From Pseudomonadota bacterium (GTDB lineage: Bacteria; Pseudomonadota; Alphaproteobacteria; Rhodobacterales; Rhodobacteraceae): a stretch of DNA of 64,000 nucleotides. This document shows, in pieces, positions 19,195 through 25,780 of this stretch. The notes beneath the pieces are model-generated. The model had not been told where the DNA came from and did no database searches. It worked only from the letters and a program-made list of their open reading frames with translations. Each line of letters opens with the position of its first letter. Within the stretch, counting starts at the first letter, position 1. Location: positions 3,084 through 67,083 of the forward strand of contig JAYZEV010000005.1 of the NCBI GenBank assembly GCA_036337105.1, in the 5' to 3' direction. Made by a program: the position numbers and the translations under genes.

Positions 19195-22100
19195 TTATTC
19201 AGCAGCACGCAAATTGAGTGCGTTTAACTCTAATTTCTTCATTATAACCTTACGTTTCTCTGAAGCCAAAACAATGGACTGCTCTTTAACATGGCCAAAA
19301 CCTTTTATATCCAGAGGAATTACTGCTCTTTCGACAGCTAGATTTTGATCAATGGTCTCATAAAACGATAGGATCTTTCTTACGTCAGTTTCAAATTCAA
19401 TTATCAAAGATTTTTCCCTTTTTCTTTCCGTTGAATAACCAAATATGTCAAATACTGTTCCTCTTAAGAACCGTCCTTTTGCTAACATCCTTAATAGAAC
19501 TAACATCCACGGACCAAATTCTCTTTTTTTCGATCTTGTTTTTCCGCTTCCTAGAAATGTCGGAGCGAAATAAAAGCTAAGTTTAGAATAACTCTGAAAC
19601 TCTTTATCTAAAGCATCTTTCAAATATTGGACATGAAGCCGCGCTACTTCATACTCGTCTTTATACGCCAGAAGCTTGTAATAACTCTCAGCCACTGCCA
19701 ACGCCATTTCGTTACTCTTTTCGTCCACTGCAAGTACTAACTTTTCGTACTTTGAAGCGAGTCTTTCGTTTTGATATTGTTTTAGTCTATTTTTGCGGTC
19801 TGATAAAATACTCTCGAGACTGCATTTCGAGTCTAATGGCGTATTTTTAACATGTTTTCCCTCAAAAAACTCTGGTTCTAATGCCGTCCAGCGTCCGAGC
19901 CTAAACGCAGTAAGGTTTCCTTGCACACCAGCTCCATTTATTCGAATTGCTTGCTCAATAGCTTCTGAAGAAAAAGGAAGCAAACCTCTCTGGTATGCAT
20001 TACCTAAAATCAACACATTTGCATATATTGAGTCCCCTAAATATTTCTCAGAAATAGTAGAAGCATTTACAAAGTACGCATTTTTATCGCCAACTTTTGC
20101 CGATATCGAAATCTTCATTTGATCGCATGGTAAGGTAAAATTTTTGTCTCGAGTAAATTCACCGGCATTGGCAGCCTCGTTGGCACAAACAACTTTACTT
20201 TTGGTATTTTGCAAAAGCGAGAGAGTTTTTTCACCAGCCGCGACTACAAGGTCGCAACCCAATAAGGTGTCGACCTCGGCGTCCGCCACCCGAACAGCAT
20301 TAATATCAGTTGGTGCTTCAGCAACCCTCGAGTGAATATGCACGGCGCCACCCTTTTGAGCAAGGCCGGCCATCTCCATTACCCCCACCCCTTTTCCTTC
20401 GAGGTGCGCGCTCATCGCAATCAAAGCTCCAATCGTTACGACGCCCGTACCACCGACACCAGCAATTACAATATTGAATGTTTTCTGGATTCTGGGGAGA
20501 TTAGGATTGGGAAAATCAGGGAATACGAGCTCCTCTTTTGGCTGCCGTTTTAACTCAGGGTCAAAAATAGTAACAAAACTGGGGCAGAATCCGTCAATAC
20601 AAGAAAAATCTTTATTGCATGCAGATTGATCAATTCTTCTTTTCACGCCTAGGTGGGTCTCGTATGGTAAAATAGAAATACAGTTGGACTGTAGGCCACA
20701 GTCACCGCACCCCTCGCAAACCTCCGGGTTTATAAAAACCCTCTTATTTGGATCAGCTAATTTACCTCTTTTACGTCGACGCCTTTTTTCGGCTGCACAG
20801 GTCTGCACATAAACAAGTGCACTAACGCCTCTCACCTGAGATAATTTTTTTTGAACCGTGTTCAATTCCTCCCTTTTAAAAGTTTTTACATGTCTATTAT
20901 ATTCCTTAACATCCAAATCTTCTTTATCGTCATAGACAAGTATAACTTCTTTCACGCCGATAGATTTTAATTCATGGACTATGTCAAGAGCTGTAAGATC
21001 ACCATCGTTCGACTGCCCACCAGTCATAGCGACAGCGTCGTTATATAGTATTTTGTAAGTGATGTTGACTTTAGCAGACACAGCCGCTCTTATTGACATC
21101 AACCCAGAGTGGTTATAGGTCCCGTCACCAATGTTTTGGAAGACGTGATCTCTTTCTGAAAATGGCGCTTCGCCAATCCAATTTGCACCTTCACCACCCA
21201 TGTGAGTGAACCCTTCCGTCTCACGGTCCATCCATTGGGCCATATAATGACAACCTATGCCTGCGTAAGCTCTGGACCCAGCTGGGATTTTCGTGGACGT
21301 GTTATGCGGACAGCCAGAACAAAAATATGGAGTTCTCGGCGGGACAACCGAATTACCCTCTTGAACTTTTTGAATTGATAAGCTTTCTAATTTATCAGAA
21401 ATTTTTTTCGATTTCACTTGCGAGGAAATCACTTTCCCTAGCTGAGTTGAAATTACTATCGGATCTAGAGCAAAGTGACTATCGAACATTGTTGCCCCAG
21501 CCAAATCAAATTCCCCAATGACAATTGGTTTTTCTTTAATATTATATAAAATATTCCTAACCTGACTTTCTATCAGTTTTCTTTTTTCTTCTACCACAAC
21601 GATTATTTTTAAGCCATTTGCCCACTCAATCAATTGTTCTGGTTCCACTGGCCAAACTACACCTAATTTGTACGTAGTTAAGCCTAGCTTCTGAGCTTCA
21701 GCTTCATCAATTCCCAATATAGAGAGAGCGTGGCATGTATCCAACCAGCTTTTTCCTGCTGAAATTATACCAATGGTTGCCTCATCATCTTTCAAGCCAA
21801 TGCGATTTATTTTGTTACTTCTGATAAATTTTTTTACTGCTGGAAGCTTTCTTAAATGTAATCGTTTCTCTTGCTCAATGGGTAGATCGTACAATCTAAT
21901 CGAGTTATCTACTGAGTCCACATCACTTGGCAAACGCGGTTCTATCCTATCTATTCTACCGTCAACCACCTGCGTAACTTCTATAGTATCTTTTATACAT
22001 TTGAGGCCAACCCATACACCAGCATATCGACTCAAGGCCCAGCCATAAGCACTGTAGTCTAGAAGCTCTTGCACTCCAGAGGGAGAAAAAATTGGCATCA

Positions 22101-22596
22101 TAGCATCGACCAATGCATAATCTGACTGATGTAAAGTGGTAGAGCTTTCCCCAGTGTGGTCATCACCCATCGCAACTATCACACCCCCATATGAAGAGGT
22201 GCCCGCTAGATTTGCGTGTCGGAAAACATCGCCAGACCTGTCAACACCAGGCCCTTTCCCATACCAAAGTCCGAATACACCTTGATATTTCCCTTCTCCG
22301 CGAAGCTCAGCCTGCTGTGATCCCCACAAGGCTGTAGCAGCCGTATCTTCATTTAAGCCAGCTTTAAAGGTAATATTACACTCTTCTATTTGCTTAGTCG
22401 CTAAAGAAAATTGTTGATCTAGAGCTCCGAGTGGTGAACCGCGATAACCAGTTACGTAACCTGCCGAATTTATATTATTTTTTTTGTCGCGAGCCGCTTG
22501 CATCATGACAGCTCTAACGAGAGACTGCGTTCCCGTTAGAAGTATAGTCTCTTTTTCCAAGTCATACTTATCTTCTAAAGAAACCTTATTGAGCAT
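19195..22596 (-). CDS. Indolepyruvate/2-oxoacid:ferredoxin oxidoreductase family protein (fused alpha/beta)
   Basis: The protein is about 1130 aa, with a ThDP-binding region (GIGCHYM...GDGTYNHSG), 4Fe-4S Cys clusters (CEGCGDCGLQSNC) and a C-terminal IorB-like domain. Likely start is MLNKVSLEDKYDL at 22596. Confidence 0.9.
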   Translation of the reverse strand: MLNKVSLEDKYDLEKETILLTGTQSLVRAVMMQAARDKKNNINSAGYVTGYRGSPLGALDQQFSLATKQIEECNITFKAGLNEDTAATALWGSQQAELRGEGKYQGVFGLWYGKGPGVDRSGDVFRHANLAGTSSYGGVIVAMGDDHTGESSTTLHQSDYALVDAMMPIFSPSGVQELLDYSAYGWALSRYAGVWVGLKCIKDTIEVTQVVDGRIDRIEPRLPSDVDSVDNSIRLYDLPIEQEKRLHLRKLPAVKKFIRSNKINRIGLKDDEATIGIISAGKSWLDTCHALSILGIDEAEAQKLGLTTYKLGVVWPVEPEQLIEWANGLKIIVVVEEKRKLIESQVRNILYNIKEKPIVIGEFDLAGATMFDSHFALDPIVISTQLGKVISSQVKSKKISDKLESLSIQKVQEGNSVVPPRTPYFCSGCPHNTSTKIPAGSRAYAGIGCHYMAQWMDRETEGFTHMGGEGANWIGEAPFSERDHVFQNIGDGTYNHSGLMSIRAAVSAKVNITYKILYNDAVAMTGGQSNDGDLTALDIVHELKSIGVKEVILVYDDKEDLDVKEYNRHVKTFKREELNTVQKKLSQVRGVSALVYVQTCAAEKRRRRKRGKLADPNKRVFINPEVCEGCGDCGLQSNCISILPYETHLGVKRRIDQSACNKDFSCIDGFCPSFVTIFDPELKRQPKEELVFPDFPNPNLPRIQKTFNIVIAGVGGTGVVTIGALIAMSAHLEGKGVGVMEMAGLAQKGGAVHIHSRVAEAPTDINAVRVADAEVDTLLGCDLVVAAGEKTLSLLQNTKSKVVCANEAANAGEFTRDKNFTLPCDQMKISISAKVGDKNAYFVNASTISEKYLGDSIYANVLILGNAYQRGLLPFSSEAIEQAIRINGAGVQGNLTAFRLGRWTALEPEFFEGKHVKNTPLDSKCSLESILSDRKNRLKQYQNERLASKYEKLVLAVDEKSNEMALAVAESYYKLLAYKDEYEVARLHVQYLKDALDKEFQSYSKLSFYFAPTFLGSGKTRSKKREFGPWMLVLLRMLAKGRFLRGTVFDIFGYSTERKREKSLIIEFETDVRKILSFYETIDQNLAVERAVIPLDIKGFGHVKEQSIVLASEKRKVIMKKLELNALNLRAAE

Positions 22597-22804
22597 AAAA
22601 TACCGTCCCCCACTCCAACTCCCAATACGCACATAAATTGATCAAGGTATTACCAGTAAACTACATATGAGTAATTGTAATGCTTTTTTTATATTTTTCA
22701 AAAGTTTAATCCATCTCAAAAAAAATTAATTGATTCCCCTTAATTTTCATGGAACAGGTAAATTTTAAATTCAATTGTTTATGCACACGTCGAAAGAAAG
22801 AAAA

Positions 22805-23704
22805 ATGGATTGGGATAAACTTAGGATCTTCCATGCAGTAGCAGATATCGGGAGTTTAACTCACGCTGGGGTAAAACTTCGTCTTTCACAATCTGCGGTC
22901 AGCCGGCAAATCAGAAACCTCGAGGATCACCTGAACGTAATTTTATTTCATAGGCATGCGAGAGGACTTATACTTACTGAGCAAGGAGAACTCCTTTTTG
23001 AAGCTACCCGCCAGATGTCCAAGAGGCTTGATGCAGCTTCCGCGCGTATAAAAGATAGCAAAGATGGGGTTTCAGGAGAATTAAGAGTTACAACTACCAC
23101 AGGTTTTGGAACTTTATGGTTAGCTCCTAGATTAGGGCGACTATATGAAAAATATCCAAAGTTGCGAATAAATTTAATGCTCGAAGAGCGGGTTCTTGAT
23201 TTACCAATGAGAGAAGCTGATGTAGCTATTCGAATGAAAGAGCCGAGTCAAGCCGATCTTATTCGACGTCGCCTCATGCAAATAAGTATAAAATTTTTCG
23301 CGCATCCGAACTATGTGAACCAGTACGGATATCCTCAATCATCGGAGGAGATGTCCAGTCATCGTCTAATCTGTCATAGTCCAGATTCACCTCAGGTTAG
23401 CGCAGGGGCAAGGTGGGTAGAGCAATTTGTAAGCGCAAACGATAGCTCTATGATGATGGTTAACAATTACTATGGAATTTTACAGGCGGTTCTTCACGGC
23501 TTTGGCATAGGAGCACTGCCAGATTACTTGGTTTTGGATTTTCCCGAATTAGTCCCTATACTTCCCGGATCAGTATCCGATAGTTTCCCTGTGTTTCTCG
23601 CTTATCCAGAGGAGTTGAGGCATTCTAAGAGAGTAAATGCGTTCAGAGATTTCGTAATCAAGGAAATTGTAGAAGATCGTAAAAAAAGAGACTCAGTTAG
23701 TTGA
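22805..23704 (+). CDS. LysR family transcriptional regulator
   Basis: N-terminal wHTH (MDWDKLRIFHAVADIGSLTHAGVKLRLSQSAVSRQIRNLEDHL) plus a LysR substrate-binding domain. It is divergent from the oxidoreductase gene. Upstream TTG 22775 and ATG 22781 are also possible starts. Confidence 0.9.
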   Translation: MDWDKLRIFHAVADIGSLTHAGVKLRLSQSAVSRQIRNLEDHLNVILFHRHARGLILTEQGELLFEATRQMSKRLDAASARIKDSKDGVSGELRVTTTTGFGTLWLAPRLGRLYEKYPKLRINLMLEERVLDLPMREADVAIRMKEPSQADLIRRRLMQISIKFFAHPNYVNQYGYPQSSEEMSSHRLICHSPDSPQVSAGARWVEQFVSANDSSMMMVNNYYGILQAVLHGFGIGALPDYLVLDFPELVPILPGSVSDSFPVFLAYPEELRHSKRVNAFRDFVIKEIVEDRKKRDSVS

Positions 23705-23817
23705 CCATTTTTTTATATCTGTAGTTTTGTCCGTTAATCAGAGAAATCCTTCTGAAAAAAATTCGGCTAAGTAAGTTTACAAAAAGGCAATATTTTTTAA
23801 AAAAAGACCAAAATTTC

Positions 23818-24693
23818 ATGAAGAAAAAAGAATTTAAAATTGACGGAGAGACTTTTAATGTTTGGTATTGGGAAGGACCAAAAGATGGAAGAGTTTTTCA
23901 TTGGGCGCATGCAAACGGTTTTAATGGAGCCACGTATGAAAACTTTTTGTCAAGACTATCTAAATATTTTCATGTTTATGCGTGGGACGGTCGTCTTCAT
24001 GGATTGTCTCAAAACCTAGCTAAACCTGTTGATGGGCGCCTATATGATGGTTATTCCCAAGACCTAATTAAAATAATTGACACTATCAATTCAAATCATG
24101 AGAAACCCGTGGTTCTGGCTGGTCATTCATTTGGAGCATCTTTATGTGTTAAGGCTGAAGCCTCTTTGCGAGACAAAATAGAGTGTATCATTCTTGCTGA
24201 CCCTGTGTTTTTTACTCCTTTACAAAGAACTGCTTGCCGAACTCTTAGATTCTTAGGCTTCAAACTACCAAGAAACCTATATCTTTCACAGAACGCGCTA
24301 AAACGAAAAAACTTTTGGAGAAATTCGGCTGCTCTGCTGGACGAATATTCAAAAAAATCCCTGTTTAAAAATTGGGACGAGTATAGCTTAAAAAATTATG
24401 TAAAATATGGAACAACTAAACAAGGAAATGGTATTAAATTGGCTTGCTCACCGGAGCTAGAGTCTCAGATTTTCCGGGAAAGCGAAAACACATTCCTCAG
24501 TAACCACATTATTTCACTGAAAACACCCACTTATATATTCTCTGCGCAATATGGTTCTCCACCGTCCTCAAAAAGTGCTATTTGGAGATCTAAGTATGTA
24601 ATTGCAAAAACAAGAATATCAGGGGCTAATCATTTTTTCCCTGTGGAAAGAGCGGCCACTTTCTCAGAGATGATAATTGAACTTCTTTGTTAA
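23818..24693 (+). CDS. Alpha/beta-fold hydrolase
   Basis: Nucleophile elbow GHSFGAS, an HG-type oxyanion region (WAHANGFNG), and a length typical of the fold. Confidence 0.75.
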   Translation: MKKKEFKIDGETFNVWYWEGPKDGRVFHWAHANGFNGATYENFLSRLSKYFHVYAWDGRLHGLSQNLAKPVDGRLYDGYSQDLIKIIDTINSNHEKPVVLAGHSFGASLCVKAEASLRDKIECIILADPVFFTPLQRTACRTLRFLGFKLPRNLYLSQNALKRKNFWRNSAALLDEYSKKSLFKNWDEYSLKNYVKYGTTKQGNGIKLACSPELESQIFRESENTFLSNHIISLKTPTYIFSAQYGSPPSSKSAIWRSKYVIAKTRISGANHFFPVERAATFSEMIIELLC

Positions 24694-24824
24694 GGTTTTT
24701 GAAATCTATTTTGCGCATTTACTTAATATGTGACGCTAAGTTATAACTAAATGTGCAGGTATTACCAAAACAGATTGATGAATATGGGCACAAATTAAGG
24801 CTAGTGAATGCAAGGAATAGAATT

Positions 24825-25100
24825 ATGCAGAAATTATTCATAATTTTGTTAATGAATGTTTGGGCTAATGGCGAACCAGAAATTGTTCAATATGGAACAA
24901 GCGTATTAGGTGATTACTATGATACAAGAGAAGAATGCGAAGCAAGGCTCATACAGCTCTCCGACGGAGAAGACCTTAGGAAAGAAAAAGGGATCAGGGG
25001 TATAGTCAGGACTGATACAGTTTTCAGAGCGTACGACCAAGCAGGTAGCGTTGTACAGCAATATTCCTGCTTAGAAGTAAACTTACGAAATTCAAATTAA
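24825..25100 (+). CDS. Small secreted hypothetical protein (91 aa)
   Basis: ATG at 24825 is preceded by AAGGA at 8-nt spacing. MQKLFIILLMNVWANG looks like a signal peptide. I recognise no family. Confidence 0.4.
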   Translation: MQKLFIILLMNVWANGEPEIVQYGTSVLGDYYDTREECEARLIQLSDGEDLRKEKGIRGIVRTDTVFRAYDQAGSVVQQYSCLEVNLRNSN

Positions 25101-25114
25101 TTGGCAGTTTTATA

Positions 25115-25561
25115 GTGCGAAAAATAGTGAGAAGAGCTTTTACAGGGTTAGAGTTGATTTTTTTATTTGCGGGGGTTTCGTTACCCTTGGTAACAATCGA
25201 CGAATTTTGGTTCTTTACTTCCAATTTTTCAATACTTTCTTTAATTTTTACACTTTTCCAGTCAGGAGAGAGCATACTGGGAGCATTGCTAGTTGTCTTT
25301 TGCGTTTTTATTCCATTTTATAAAAGCTTCAGTCGTATCATTAGTGAAGAAAGGTTCGAAAAAATACCCCTACATAAATTTGCAATGATAGATATGTTTC
25401 TTATAAGCTTCTTAATTTTTGGAAGCAAAATGTCATATTTTTATGAAGTTCGGCTTGAAGAAGGCTTCTATTTCCTATGTGCATATCTGCTCATGAGTTA
25501 CTTTAGCACAATATTAAATTACCTTCAAATCAAGCAAACAAGTTCAAAAAAAAACCTTTGA
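25115..25561 (+). CDS. Single-domain PqiA-like integral membrane protein
   Basis: Four predicted TM segments. FLFAGVSLPLVTI...SGESILGALLVVFCVFIPFYK...KFAMIDMFLISFLIF resembles the paraquat-inducible protein A repeat unit (compare the WSMLDVF motif). GTG start. Confidence 0.5.
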   Translation: MRKIVRRAFTGLELIFLFAGVSLPLVTIDEFWFFTSNFSILSLIFTLFQSGESILGALLVVFCVFIPFYKSFSRIISEERFEKIPLHKFAMIDMFLISFLIFGSKMSYFYEVRLEEGFYFLCAYLLMSYFSTILNYLQIKQTSSKKNL

Positions 25562-25693
25562 ATCCGCGCTTCTAGATCTTTAAAAGACAAATAAATTATT
25601 AATAAGGTATTCTCTAAACCAAAAAAATTTGGTTGTCATCAGTATGATTACAGCGTGAATGTAACGATAATTTTATGCAAAAATCATCAAATT

Positions 25694-25709
25694 TGGCATG
25701 CATTTTGCT
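25694..25709 (+). promoter_or_regulatory. Candidate sigma54 (-24/-12) promoter upstream of the flagellin-like gene
   Basis: TGGCAT-gcatt-TTGCT compares with the consensus TGGCAC-N5-TTGCW. GG (25695-96) and GC (25707-08) are separated by exactly 10 nt. The site is 72 nt upstream of the ATG at 25781. Confidence 0.45.
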
Positions 25710-25780
25710 TCTATAAACTAAATAAAATCTCGTCGTTATCCGTGTTGATGAAGAGTAAAAACAAGCAATACGGGTGACAG

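Noticed and set aside
22641-22690. Possible LysR-type binding site (TTACcaGTAA and ATTAC-N17-GTAAT dyads) in the ior/LysR divergent region
   Set aside because: These are short AT-rich dyads in AT-rich DNA, and the spacing does not fit the canonical T-N11-A box. They cannot be separated from chance by eye.
25640-25670. Possible sigma28 (FliA) promoter upstream of the flagellin-like gene (CGATAA at 25665-25670)
   Set aside because: Only the -10 half (aaCGATAA) matches. There is no TAAA -35 element at the required ~15-nt spacing. The sigma54-type element downstream is a much better match.
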